From a virus (Duplodnaviria; Heunggongvirae; Uroviricota; Caudoviricetes), in the IMG/VR virus record IMGVR_UViG_2563366895_000001, positions 1 through 64,000 of that record: DNA of 64,000 nt. One strand, written 5' to 3'. A program made the position numbers and the translations under genes. The notes under the pieces are model-generated. The model did no database searches. It was given only the letters and a program-made list of their open reading frames with translations, and was not told the DNA's origin. Positions within the stretch are counted from its first letter, which is position 1. Each line of letters begins with the position of its first letter. Below are positions 44,169 to 53,425 of the stretch, one piece after another.

Positions 44169-45875
44169 TTGAGTAACTTACGCGAATACCAGAATCGTAT
44201 TGCAGATATCGCAAAACGCTCTAAAGCTGTGCTTGGCTGGGCAAGCACTGCGCAGTTCGGTACTGATAACCAATTCATTAAAGATGATGCCGCGCGTGCC
44301 GCATCTATCCTTGAAGCTGCACGTAAAGACCCGGTTTTTGCAGGTATCTCTGATAATGCCACCGCTCAAATTGCTACAGCGTGGGCAAGTGCACTGGCTG
44401 ACTACGCCGCAGCACATAAATCTATGCCGCGTCCGGAAATTCTGGCCTCCTGCCACCAGACGCTGGAAAACTGCCTGATTGAGTCCACCCGCAATAGCAT
44501 GGATGCCACTAATAAAGCGATGCTGGAATCCGTCGCAGCAGAGATGATGAGCGTTTCTGACGGTGTTATGCGTCTGCCTTTATTCCTCGCGATGATCCTG
44601 CCTGTTCAGTTGGGGGCAGCTACCGCTGATGCGTGTACCTTCATTCCGGTTACGCGTGACCAGTCCGATATCTATGAAGTCTTTAACGTGGCAGGTTCCT
44701 CTTTTGGTTCTTATGCTGCTGGTGATGTTCTGGACATGCAATCCGTCGGTGTGTACAGCCAGTTACGCCGCCGCTATGTGCTGGTGGCAAGCTCCGATGG
44801 CACCAGCAAAACCGCAACCTTCAAGATGGAAGACTTCGAAGGCCAGAATGTACCAATCCGAAAAGGTCGCACTAACATCTACGTTAACCGTATTAAGTCT
44901 GTTGTTGATAACGGTTCCGGCAGCCTACTTCACTCGTTTACTAATGCTGCTGGTGAGCAAATCACTGTTACCTGCTCTCTGAACTACAACATTGGTCAGA
45001 TTGCCCTGTCGTTCTCCAAAGCGCCGGATAAAGGCACTGAGATCGCAATTGAGACGGAAATCAATATTGAAGCCGCTCCTGAGCTGATCCCGCTGATCAA
45101 CCACGAAATGAAGAAATACACCCTGTTCCCAAGCCAGTTCGTTATCGCGGCTGAGCACACGGTACAGGCGGCGTATGAAGCACAGCGTGAATTTGGTCTG
45201 GACCTGGGTTCCCTACAGTTCCGCACCCTGAAGGAATACCTGTCTCATGAACAGGATATGCTGCGTCTTCGCATCATGATCTGGCGTACTCTTGCGAACG
45301 ACACCTTTGACATCGCTCTGCCGGTTAACCAGTCCTTTGATGTATGGGCAACCATCATTCGTGGCAAATTCCAGACTGTATATCGCGACATTATTGAGCG
45401 CGTTAAATCTTCTGGTGCGATGGGGATGTTTGCTGGTGCTGATGCAGCATCTTTCTTCAAACAGTTGCCGAAGGATTTCTTCCAGCCAGCCGAAGACTAT
45501 ATCCAGACTCCGTATGTTCACTACATCGGTACCCTGTTCGGTAACGTGAAAGTGTACGAAGTACCTGCTGGTATTTGTAAGAACTTAACGACAGAGAACA
45601 TTCAGTTCAGCTCGATGGATGTGCTGTGCTACGTCCGTGATGAAAATCCGGGTAAAGCAGGCTTCGTGACTGGTGATGCTGTCCCGGCCATCCCGTTCCA
45701 GCATCCGACCACTCCGGCGCTGGTCAACCGTACCACGCTGTGGGGTTCGGCTATCAACGATATGCACCCACGCAACGGCGCTGATTACTTCACTCGTGTA
45801 ACGCTGACAATGGCCAAAAAAGGCGGGCTTAACTTCATAAGCGGCGACACGATTGATGCCGGTGACTCTGAGTAA
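44169..45875 (+). CDS. Putative major capsid protein (gene 23-like); TTG start inferred
   Basis: Long ORF next to parS; no in-frame ATG near the 5' end; TTG at 44169 follows aaggaag RBS. Confidence 0.55.
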   Translation: MSNLREYQNRIADIAKRSKAVLGWASTAQFGTDNQFIKDDAARAASILEAARKDPVFAGISDNATAQIATAWASALADYAAAHKSMPRPEILASCHQTLENCLIESTRNSMDATNKAMLESVAAEMMSVSDGVMRLPLFLAMILPVQLGAATADACTFIPVTRDQSDIYEVFNVAGSSFGSYAAGDVLDMQSVGVYSQLRRRYVLVASSDGTSKTATFKMEDFEGQNVPIRKGRTNIYVNRIKSVVDNGSGSLLHSFTNAAGEQITVTCSLNYNIGQIALSFSKAPDKGTEIAIETEINIEAAPELIPLINHEMKKYTLFPSQFVIAAEHTVQAAYEAQREFGLDLGSLQFRTLKEYLSHEQDMLRLRIMIWRTLANDTFDIALPVNQSFDVWATIIRGKFQTVYRDIIERVKSSGAMGMFAGADAASFFKQLPKDFFQPAEDYIQTPYVHYIGTLFGNVKVYEVPAGICKNLTTENIQFSSMDVLCYVRDENPGKAGFVTGDAVPAIPFQHPTTPALVNRTTLWGSAINDMHPRNGADYFTRVTLTMAKKGGLNFISGDTIDAGDSE

Positions 45876-45935
45876 TCAGGGGAAGTTCTCCGTTTAACAT
45901 AGCGCCCCCGTGCGGGGCGCATAACAGGGAAAGTT

Positions 45936-47525
45936 ATGTCTCAATATTCAATTCAACAGTCATTAGGTAATGCATCCGGCGTCGCGGTTAGCCCGATCAA
46001 TGCCGATGCGACGTTATCTACCGGTGTTGCATTAAATAGCAGCTTGTGGGCTGGTATTGGCGTATTTGCGCGTGGCAAGCCGTTTACTGTTCTGGCGGTT
46101 ACTGAGTCCAATTACGAAGATGTTCTCGGCGAACCGCTGAAGCCGTCTTCCGGCTCACAGTTCGAACCAATTCGTCATGTGTACGAAGCTATTCAGCAAA
46201 CGTCTGGTTATGTTGTTCGTGCTGTTCCGGATGATGCGAAGTTCCCGATTATTATGTTCGATGAATCAGGCGAACCAGCTTACAGTGCGTTGCCATACGG
46301 TTCTGAAATTGAACTTGATAGCGGCGAAGCCTTTGCTATCTACGTTGATGATGGTGATCCGTGTATTTCACCTACCCGTGAGTTAACCATCGAAACGGCA
46401 ACAGCGGACAGCGCAGGTAATGAACGCTTCCTCTTAAAACTGACCCAGACGACTTCGCTCGGTGTGGTAACGACCCTGGAGACACACACTGTGTCTTTGG
46501 CGGAAGAAGCGAAAGATGACATGGGCCGCTTGTGTTATCTGCCTACGGCTCTGGAAGCCCGTTCTAAATATCTGCGCGCGGTTGTTAATGAAGAGCTGAT
46601 TTCGACCGCGAAAGTAACAAATAAAAAATCACTGGCGTTCACTGGCGGTACCAACGGCGATCAGTCGAAAATCTCCACCGAAGCCTACCTGCGTGCGGTT
46701 AAGGTGCTGAACAATGCGCCGTACATGTACACCGCTGTTCTCGGCCTGGGTTGCTATGACAATGCGGCGATCACCGCGTTAGGTAATATCTGTTCTGATC
46801 GCCTGATTGATGGCTTCTTTGATGTCAAACCGACATTGACGTATACGGAAGCGCTCTCTGCTGTTGAAGATACCGGTTTACTTGGTACCGATTATGTAAG
46901 CTGTGCTGTCTATCACTTCCCGTTCTCCTGCAAAGACAAATGGACCCAATCCCGTGTGGTCTTCGGTCTGTCTGGCGCGGCGTATGCGGCGAAAGCTCGT
47001 GGCGTCAAGAAAAACTCTGATGTCGGCGGTTGGCATTACTCACCGGCTGGTGAAGAACGTGCCGTCATTGCTCGTGCGTCAATTCAACCGCTGTATCCGG
47101 AAGATACCCCGGACGAAGAAGCAATGGTCAAGGGCCGTCTCAATAAAGTATCTGTTGGCACCTCTGGCCAGATGATCATCGACGATGCTTTAACTTGCTG
47201 CACGCAGGATAACTATCTGCACTTCCAGCACGTCCCATCCCTGATGAATGCAATCAGCCGTTTCTTTGTCCAGTTAGCCCGACAGATGAAGCATAGCCCG
47301 GACGGTATTACTGCGGCTGGCCTGACTAAAGGGATGACCAAACTTTTAGATCGCTTTGTCGCCTCCGGCGCTCTGGTGGCTCCTCGTGATCCTGATGCTG
47401 ACGGTACAGAACCGTATGTGCTGAAAGTTACGCAGGCGGAATTCGATAAATGGGAAGTAGTCTGGGCCTGCTGCCCGACTGGCGTAGCCCGTCGTATCCA
47501 GGGCGTACCGCTGCTTATTAAGTAA
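45936..47525 (+). CDS. Putative contractile tail sheath protein
   Basis: 529-aa ORF following the capsid gene. Confidence 0.55.
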   Translation: MSQYSIQQSLGNASGVAVSPINADATLSTGVALNSSLWAGIGVFARGKPFTVLAVTESNYEDVLGEPLKPSSGSQFEPIRHVYEAIQQTSGYVVRAVPDDAKFPIIMFDESGEPAYSALPYGSEIELDSGEAFAIYVDDGDPCISPTRELTIETATADSAGNERFLLKLTQTTSLGVVTTLETHTVSLAEEAKDDMGRLCYLPTALEARSKYLRAVVNEELISTAKVTNKKSLAFTGGTNGDQSKISTEAYLRAVKVLNNAPYMYTAVLGLGCYDNAAITALGNICSDRLIDGFFDVKPTLTYTEALSAVEDTGLLGTDYVSCAVYHFPFSCKDKWTQSRVVFGLSGAAYAAKARGVKKNSDVGGWHYSPAGEERAVIARASIQPLYPEDTPDEEAMVKGRLNKVSVGTSGQMIIDDALTCCTQDNYLHFQHVPSLMNAISRFFVQLARQMKHSPDGITAAGLTKGMTKLLDRFVASGALVAPRDPDADGTEPYVLKVTQAEFDKWEVVWACCPTGVARRIQGVPLLIK

Positions 47526-47534
47526 GGGAATACA

Positions 47535-48350
47535 ATGAGCAAAAACTTTTTTCAATCCGGGGCATTTTTGGGGAATGGACTGTCTCGTTTCGCTTTGAAC
47601 TCTGATCCTGTGCAGTTGATGGAGTCTGCCCGAGCAAGCGCCGAACCGCCAACAGATCCGGTTATTAATAATAATCCGGAACCGGCGGCACAGACTAACG
47701 ATAACGTTCCATCTGATCCGGCTCCTGAGCAAATCCTGGAAGAGAAAGACGGTAAAGAATGGACCGTTGAACAGGCGCACCAGATGATTCTGGAAGCTGC
47801 AAATCGAAGTGCTATGCAAAATGCGTTGAGTGATGCGGCCGACGCCGTTTTCGCCTGGGCTGATAGCGGTGATCTGACTTTCGACTCCCTTGATGGTTTC
47901 GTTCAGGCTATCGCTGGTATCTCTGATGACGACGACTCCGAAGTTACAGAAGAACAGGACGATGCCTATAACGAAGCATGGGCAAATGTTGCTGACTTCC
48001 TCGCAGCATGCGGTGTAGATGATGACCTGATCGAAGCACTGGCTGACGATGAAGACGACGACGCAGCTGCTGATGTTGGTGCCTCTATCGCTGGTTTAGA
48101 TAGCGACGACCGTGATGAACTGGAAGCGGCGTTTGTTGTTGCTGGCACTTCTGATGAAATGCTGACTGAAGCATTTAAGAAGGTTGTTCGTAACGGTGAG
48201 ATCAAACTCATCCGTAAACGCCTGCGTAAAAAACGTCTGACTGCGGCTCAAAAATCGGCGCTGAAAAAAGCGCGTCGAAAAGCCCAGACCGGCGCGGCAA
48301 AACTTGCCCGCAAAAAGTCAATGAAACTGCGCCGTAAGCGCCTTGGCTAA
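47535..48350 (+). CDS. Acidic protein with strongly basic C-terminal tail
   Basis: 271 aa; D/E-rich body (DDEDDDAAADVGASIAGLDSDDRDELEAAF) and C-terminus RKRLRKKRLTAAQKSALKKARRKAQTGAAKLARKKSMKLRRKRLG. Confidence 0.5.
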   Translation: MSKNFFQSGAFLGNGLSRFALNSDPVQLMESARASAEPPTDPVINNNPEPAAQTNDNVPSDPAPEQILEEKDGKEWTVEQAHQMILEAANRSAMQNALSDAADAVFAWADSGDLTFDSLDGFVQAIAGISDDDDSEVTEEQDDAYNEAWANVADFLAACGVDDDLIEALADDEDDDAAADVGASIAGLDSDDRDELEAAFVVAGTSDEMLTEAFKKVVRNGEIKLIRKRLRKKRLTAAQKSALKKARRKAQTGAAKLARKKSMKLRRKRLG

Positions 48351-48385
48351 AGGAGGAGGCCGGAGAACTCCGGCCTTTAACTTGA

Positions 48386-48967
48386 ATGGCACCTATACCT
48401 TATGGGGTTTACAGCCAGGCTGACGGTGTATCGCCATTTCTGAAAGTTACTTTAACGAACTCTCAGTATCAGGTTACCGGATATATCAGCCAGGGGGCAG
48501 CAATGAACATGGCCCAGAATTGGGAAGCGCCGTTTACCGGTATGTCCATGGGGTCTGTTGCTGGTGCTTTCAGTGGTTTTGCGCAGGTTGGTACTGAAAC
48601 AACGTCGGTGGCCCGTTGGAACAGCTTAATGGTTTGGGAAGGGGGAACACCGCCGACTTTCACGCTGCCAGTAACTTTCATCGCTTTGTTTGACCCATTC
48701 ACGGAGGTTTCAGGAGCTATCGCCGCATTGTCAGCGATGATTAGCCCGGAACTTAAAGATGCCAGTATTGGTGGTCGAATCCCGGAGCGTGTGACGCTAA
48801 ACATTGGTCGCCGGATCAACATCATTGATGTCGCTATCCAGGACATAAGTTTCGATCTCGATGCGCCCAGGGACAGCAATGGGCATTTCCTGAAAAACAC
48901 CGTCAACCTCCAGTTGACCGGTTCTTCGATATATAACAGCTCCGATATTGTTCGGGCGTTCCAGTAA
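48386..48967 (+). CDS. Putative tail protein (tube candidate)
   Basis: 193-aa ORF in the sheath operon. Confidence 0.4.
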   Translation: MAPIPYGVYSQADGVSPFLKVTLTNSQYQVTGYISQGAAMNMAQNWEAPFTGMSMGSVAGAFSGFAQVGTETTSVARWNSLMVWEGGTPPTFTLPVTFIALFDPFTEVSGAIAALSAMISPELKDASIGGRIPERVTLNIGRRINIIDVAIQDISFDLDAPRDSNGHFLKNTVNLQLTGSSIYNSSDIVRAFQ

Positions 48968-48978
48968 AAGGATTTTAT

Positions 48979-49488
48979 ATGGGGCACAATAACACTAAGG
49001 GAAACCGTAAATTTATTAAGGGCCGCTATACTGCCAACGCGGCCAAAGGCGAACGACTGGTATCTTCTGAATTCCAGCTCACTTTTGCAGGCTATGAAGA
49101 TATCAGTGTACTTGTTCGTACGTCGCAAATCCCTGAAATGACTCGCGAGGATGTGGAGGACTATGGTCCGAATGGTGTGAAGTTCAACCAGCACGGACCA
49201 ATTCGAAACTCTGGGGAAATCCAGGTCCAGTGCGTGGAGACTATCGAAGGCGATATTCTTCAGTTCATCAAGGATCGCATTGCGGCGAAGGACTATGTTG
49301 ATATCACGATGGCTGCTACCCCTGAATCCAAATCTTCCGGGGTTAACGCTGTGACAAAAGCTGCTACAACAATTGAAATGTTGGACTGCAAAATCTACAG
49401 TGATGCAATCGACTTTAGTACCGAAGATGTGACTGCCGCTGTGCGCCCGTCACTTCGTATCGTCTACAACTGGATTGAGTGGGATTAA
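48979..49488 (+). CDS. Putative tail protein
   Basis: 169-aa ORF followed by a terminator. Confidence 0.4.
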   Translation: MGHNNTKGNRKFIKGRYTANAAKGERLVSSEFQLTFAGYEDISVLVRTSQIPEMTREDVEDYGPNGVKFNQHGPIRNSGEIQVQCVETIEGDILQFIKDRIAAKDYVDITMAATPESKSSGVNAVTKAATTIEMLDCKIYSDAIDFSTEDVTAAVRPSLRIVYNWIEWD

Positions 49489-49507
49489 GAGTCATCCCTT
49501 GTATTTT

Positions 49508-49531
49508 AAAGCTCCTTCGGGAGCTTTTTTA
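49508..49531 (+). terminator. Rho-independent terminator
   Basis: aaagctcc-ttcg-ggagcttt followed by tttt. Confidence 0.6.
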
Positions 49532-49582
49532 TTTGGAGAGGAAAGGGTGCATTGAGGATACCTGACACACGAAGAGTGGCGG

Positions 49583-49592
49583 GGATCTCTCC
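49583..49592. repeat. Target-site duplication (left copy) of the IS186-like element
   Basis: GGATCTCTCC, repeated at 50932-50941. Confidence 0.7.
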
Positions 49593-50931
49593 CATAAGCG
49601 CTAACTTAAGGGTTGTGGTATTACGCCTGATATGATTTAACGTGCCGATGAATTACTCTCACGATAACTGGTCAGCAATTCTGGCCCATATTGGTAAGCC
49701 CGAAGAACTGGATACTTCGGCACGTAATGCCGGGGCTCTAACCCGCCGCCGCGAAATTCGTGATGCTGCAACTCTGCTACGTCTGGGGCTGGCTTACGGC
49801 CCCGGGGGGATGTCATTACGTGAAGTCACTGCATGGGCTCAGCTCCATGACGTTGCAACATTATCTGACGTGGCTCTCCTGAAGCGGCTGCGGAATGCCG
49901 CCGACTGGTTTGGCATACTTGCCGCACAAACACTTGCTGTACGCGCCGCAGTTACGGGTTGTACAAGCGGAAAGAGATTGCGTCTTGTCGATGGAACAGC
50001 AATCAGTGCGCCCGGGGGCGGCAGCGCTGAATGGCGACTACATATGGGATATGATCCTCATACCTGTCAGTTCACTGATTTTGAGCTAACCGACAGCAGA
50101 GACGCTGAACGGCTGGACCGATTTGCGCAAACGGCAGACGAGATACGCATTGCTGACCGGGGATTCGGTTCGCGTCCCGAATGTATCCGCTCACTTGCTT
50201 TTGGAGAAGCTGATTATATCGTCCGGGTTCACTGGCGAGGATTGCGCTGGTTAACTGCAGAAGGAATGCGCTTTGACATGATGGGTTTTCTGCGCGGGCT
50301 GGATTGCGGTAAGAACGGTGAAACCACTGTAATGATAGGCAATTCAGGTAATAAAAAAGCCGGAGCTCCCTTTCCGGCACGTCTCATTGCCGTATCACTT
50401 CCTCCCGAAAAAGCATTAATCAGTAAAACCCGACTGCTCAGCGAGAATCGTCGAAAAGGACGAGTAGTTCAGGCGGAAACGCTGGAAGCAGCGGGCCATT
50501 TGCTATTGCTAACATCATTACCGGAAGATGAATATTCAGCAGAGCAAGTGGCTGATTGTTACCGTCTGCGATGGCAAATTGAACTGGCTTTTAAGCGGCT
50601 CAAAAGTTTGCTGCACCTGGATGCTTTGCGTGCAAAGGAACCTGAACTCGCGAAAGCGTGGATATTTGCTAATCTACTCGCCGCATTTTTAATTGACGAC
50701 ATAATCCAGCCATCGCTGGATTTCCCCCCCAGAAGTGCTGGATCCGAAAAGAAGAACTAACTCGTTGTGGAGAATAACAAAAATGGTCATCTGGAGCTTA
50801 CAGGTGGCCATTCGTGGGACAGTATCCCTGACAGCCTACAAAACGCAATTGAAGAACGCGAGGCATCGTCTTAACGAGGCACCGAGGCGTCGCATTCTTC
50901 AGATGGTTCAACCCTTAAGTTAGCGCTTATG
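49593..50931 (+). mobile_element. IS186-like insertion sequence (IS4 family), 1339 bp
   Basis: 23-bp terminal inverted repeats CATAAGCGCTAACTTAAGGGTTG at both ends, single transposase ORF, 10-bp direct repeats, inserted into a G4-N6-C4 palindrome (typical IS186 target). Confidence 0.85.
49642..50760 (+). CDS. IS4-family DDE transposase
   Basis: 372 aa with C-terminal YRLRWQIELAFKRLKS motif. Confidence 0.85.
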   Translation: MPMNYSHDNWSAILAHIGKPEELDTSARNAGALTRRREIRDAATLLRLGLAYGPGGMSLREVTAWAQLHDVATLSDVALLKRLRNAADWFGILAAQTLAVRAAVTGCTSGKRLRLVDGTAISAPGGGSAEWRLHMGYDPHTCQFTDFELTDSRDAERLDRFAQTADEIRIADRGFGSRPECIRSLAFGEADYIVRVHWRGLRWLTAEGMRFDMMGFLRGLDCGKNGETTVMIGNSGNKKAGAPFPARLIAVSLPPEKALISKTRLLSENRRKGRVVQAETLEAAGHLLLLTSLPEDEYSAEQVADCYRLRWQIELAFKRLKSLLHLDALRAKEPELAKAWIFANLLAAFLIDDIIQPSLDFPPRSAGSEKKN

Positions 50932-50941
50932 GGATCTCTCC
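50932..50941. repeat. Target-site duplication (right copy)
   Basis: GGATCTCTCC. Confidence 0.7.
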
Positions 50942-50953
50942 CCGCCAGGTCTC

Positions 50954-51109
50954 TTACCTTTCAGATTCGTAGGCTGTGAAGACAGTGACCTCCGTCTGGC
51001 CGGTTCGGATTCGTACCTCGCAGAGGTCTTTCCTCGTTACCAGTGCCGTCACAATGACGGTTAAACAGATGACGATCAGAGCGATTAACATCGCTTTTTG
51101 CTGCTTCAT
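50954..51109 (-). CDS. hok: Hok/Gef-family type I toxin
   Basis: 51-aa ORF translated codon by codon: MKQQKAMLIALIVICLTVIVTALVTRKDLCEVRIRTGQTEVTVFTAYESER, close to E. coli HokD/RelF and HokC; AAGGAG RBS; below track cut-off. Confidence 0.85.
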   Translation of the reverse strand: MKQQKAMLIALIVICLTVIVTALVTRKDLCEVRIRTGQTEVTVFTAYESER

Positions 51110-51167
51110 AGCCTGCTTCTCCTTGACCTTTTGGTCGGTAAGAGGCTAATCTACGTATGCTAAGCAT
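50961..51167 (-). CDS. mok: Mok (modulation of killing) reading frame overlapping hok
   Basis: 68-aa track ORF overlapping hok in another frame and ending near the hok stop. Confidence 0.6.
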   Translation of the reverse strand: MLSIRRLASYRPKGQGEAGYEAAKSDVNRSDRHLFNRHCDGTGNEERPLRGTNPNRPDGGHCLHSLRI

Positions 51168-51230
51168 AGATATGGCCTCAGATTAATGTTAAGCGTCTTG
51201 CAGGACGCGTAATGTTATCTGGGGCTTTCT
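51159..51230 (+). ncRNA. sok: Sok-like antisense RNA (approximate)
   Basis: Plus-strand TTGACC, 18 bp, TAATCT promoter at 51123-51152 firing antisense across the mok start/RBS; 3' end not pinned down. Confidence 0.35.
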
Positions 51231-51290
51231 TCTATCTGCTTTTCGGGTAATGCCTGAAGCAGATAGCCTCAAGCACCCGCAACGATTGTA

Positions 51291-51617
51291 TCAATGTCTG
51301 GCTTTTTTTCTATAGAAATCACCTGGAAGGGTGAATATCCACATCAAAAGAAATGTTGCAGCAAACATGATCCCTAATGGCCAGACCGCGCCAAAGAAAA
51401 TCCATACTAAGATCTCCTCTGTTCGTTCTTTGCGGTCGATATCGACAAGCATTTTTCGGCTGATCATGTATACACAGAAGCCAATACAAACATATCCTGC
51501 AAAAGAGATCGCTAACTGTAAAAAATCAGATTGCATCTCCGACCTCAAACTGAAAACGCCAGGTGACTCCAGATTAGAGCAATTTATCACCCTCTGAATC
51601 CTGCCGGTATACCCCAT
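51291..51617 (-). CDS. Small membrane protein
   Basis: 108 aa with three hydrophobic segments. Confidence 0.4.
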   Translation of the reverse strand: MGYTGRIQRVINCSNLESPGVFSLRSEMQSDFLQLAISFAGYVCIGFCVYMISRKMLVDIDRKERTEEILVWIFFGAVWPLGIMFAATFLLMWIFTLPGDFYRKKARH

Positions 51618-52432
51618 TGTTCGTTATCTTTATTTTTGGCTAAAACCGCATTAAGAGCTTCGTTTACCGTCATGCAATGCGGCAGATTATCGAAGTTTGA
51701 TATCCCGCCAATATCAGGAGAACGCTTGTCCTTCAGGTAAGCATATTTCCGCGCTGCCGCCTCTACTTTCTGCTTGAACTCATGTTTTTGAGCGCGTTTT
51801 TTGGATAACCGCAGATTGTCAGCCTTTGCTTTTGCCTCAGCGATCCATGAAGTCAATTTTTTGAGTCTGGTCGTTCCGGCACCGCCGGAAACTGATCTTT
51901 TTGTTTTTTTAACTTGTGACTTCTTATTCTTTATTGCCACGTCATCCTGACAGGGGGAGGGGGTATCATTTTGACATGGGGGTGTGGATAAAAAATTAAA
52001 TAAAGCCAATGTCTTAGCGAGAACAGCTTTAACCTTGGTTGCCGCTGAAGAGATCTTTAATTTGCTTTCAATCAGCGCATTTTTGGCTTGTTGTGCGAAG
52101 GCCAAAAAGGATGGTGTAAACCGGTACAGGTTAGCGCGACGTTCACGGTGATCGCCGATAACAATCTCTACAGACAGGATTCCTTTGTTTACAGCTTCAC
52201 GGAATGCACGAACGACGGTTGATTGGCTATAACCAGTTTCTGCCGCGATCAGGCGGTGAGGCTTGTGAATGAAGTATTCACTGGTTGTTGCCGCGAGATT
52301 TGCACATTGCGACAGGATATGCCCGGCGCTACGGGATAGACCGGAGTGTGTTACAAAGCAGGCCAATTCATAGCCAGAAAAAGTAAAATCGCTCATCGTT
52401 ATACAGCTCAGGAAAGTGACTTTAGCCAGCAT
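51587..52432 (-). CDS. repL: RepL lytic replication initiator
   Basis: 281-aa ORF directly downstream of kilA, downstream of the Op53-type operator. Confidence 0.7.
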   Translation of the reverse strand: MLAKVTFLSCITMSDFTFSGYELACFVTHSGLSRSAGHILSQCANLAATTSEYFIHKPHRLIAAETGYSQSTVVRAFREAVNKGILSVEIVIGDHRERRANLYRFTPSFLAFAQQAKNALIESKLKISSAATKVKAVLAKTLALFNFLSTPPCQNDTPSPCQDDVAIKNKKSQVKKTKRSVSGGAGTTRLKKLTSWIAEAKAKADNLRLSKKRAQKHEFKQKVEAAARKYAYLKDKRSPDIGGISNFDNLPHCMTVNEALNAVLAKNKDNEQWGIPAGFRG

Positions 52433-52461
52433 TACAATGCTGGTGGTTCTTACTACGTCTG

Positions 52462-53262
52462 TTAGCGCGTTGCCGCGACAGGTACCAGCACACCAGCATC
52501 AAGCAATCGCTTCATCAGCCACTGCTGACCTTTGCCGGTTATACGAGTCGTGAAAGAAATCCTGCTTCCATTGCTTGTATCGATCACGGTTTCTTTAAGG
52601 GTGAAATACCCACGGGATATGTATTCTTGTTTGGGGACGTTCCTGCGTTCACCGGTTGCGATCAGAATTCCGTTATCACGCAACCAGGTGAAGAGATAGT
52701 TTTGGCCCAGGCCGAGCACTTTGGCATAGTTGCCGATTAGAACCCCGCTGGCGGTAGCAACGCGTTCGGCGAATTCGACTTTAGGTGCATCCATCAGCAT
52801 TTTTTGCTCCAGCCGTTGCTTTTGCTCTGCCAGGTCGGCAGCCAAACGGAGAGCTTCTGGGAGGCTCTTCGGAATAGCAGGTTGTAATCTTCCAGCTCGA
52901 TAGTCGATAAATGTCTGGTTTACCTTCAGCCGAAACGCGGGAGAAATCCAACCAGCGTACTCCACTGCGAGCAATTCATGGGCAAAAGTGCCGCCGCCAC
53001 GGCCTTCGAACGAAACTATGCAATTCTGCATAGTTTCTTTTTCAAGCTCTTCGATGAGCTGTTTAGCTGACAGCGTTCTTAGCCATTGAGCTGGCGCTTT
53101 ATGGGCACCGAGTCCGCTCGCTCTGTGTAGAGCATTAAGGTTGTAACGGCCAGCGCGGTCGGTCGTAATTTCAACACCACAAATAACAGGCAGAGTGGTT
53201 GAAGGATCGACATTTTGATGAAGGTTTGATATATTCATATCCGCATTGAATGTTTGTTGCAT
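52462..53262 (-). CDS. kilA: KilA (KilA-N DNA-binding domain plus KilA-C domain)
   Basis: 266 aa; C-terminus shares the LIGNYAKVLGLGQN...GYFTLKE block with the Ant proteins. Confidence 0.7.
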   Translation of the reverse strand: MQQTFNADMNISNLHQNVDPSTTLPVICGVEITTDRAGRYNLNALHRASGLGAHKAPAQWLRTLSAKQLIEELEKETMQNCIVSFEGRGGGTFAHELLAVEYAGWISPAFRLKVNQTFIDYRAGRLQPAIPKSLPEALRLAADLAEQKQRLEQKMLMDAPKVEFAERVATASGVLIGNYAKVLGLGQNYLFTWLRDNGILIATGERRNVPKQEYISRGYFTLKETVIDTSNGSRISFTTRITGKGQQWLMKRLLDAGVLVPVAATR

Positions 53263-53332
53263 TTTTTCTCCAAATTTGCATCAACCTTCAATCACCAGCT
53301 CGAAATGGTGATTCTTTGCACTTAGAAAACGA

Positions 53333-53349
53333 AATTTATTAGAGCAAAT
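53333..53349 (-). promoter_or_regulatory. C1 operator upstream of kilA-repL (Op53-type)
   Basis: AAATTTATTAGAGCAAa, 16 of 17, between the ant stop and the kilA start. Confidence 0.65.
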
Positions 53350-53425
53350 TTTTCTGACTCGATCCAGATCGGGTTGGTCGATCTGCTCAGAAACCTGCCA
53401 GTTTGCTGGCAGGTTTTTTCTTTTG

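Noticed and set aside
48358-48380. GC hairpin (ggccggagaactccggcc) between the acidic-protein gene and the next tail gene
   Set aside because: Could be an intra-operon attenuator, but it overlaps the only purine-rich stretch upstream of the next ATG and has a weak U-tract; not called.
51567-51583. Additional weak C1 operator-like match (ctccagATTAGAGCAAT) just downstream of repL
   Set aside because: Only the right half matches the consensus and it lies inside a predicted coding region; too weak to call.
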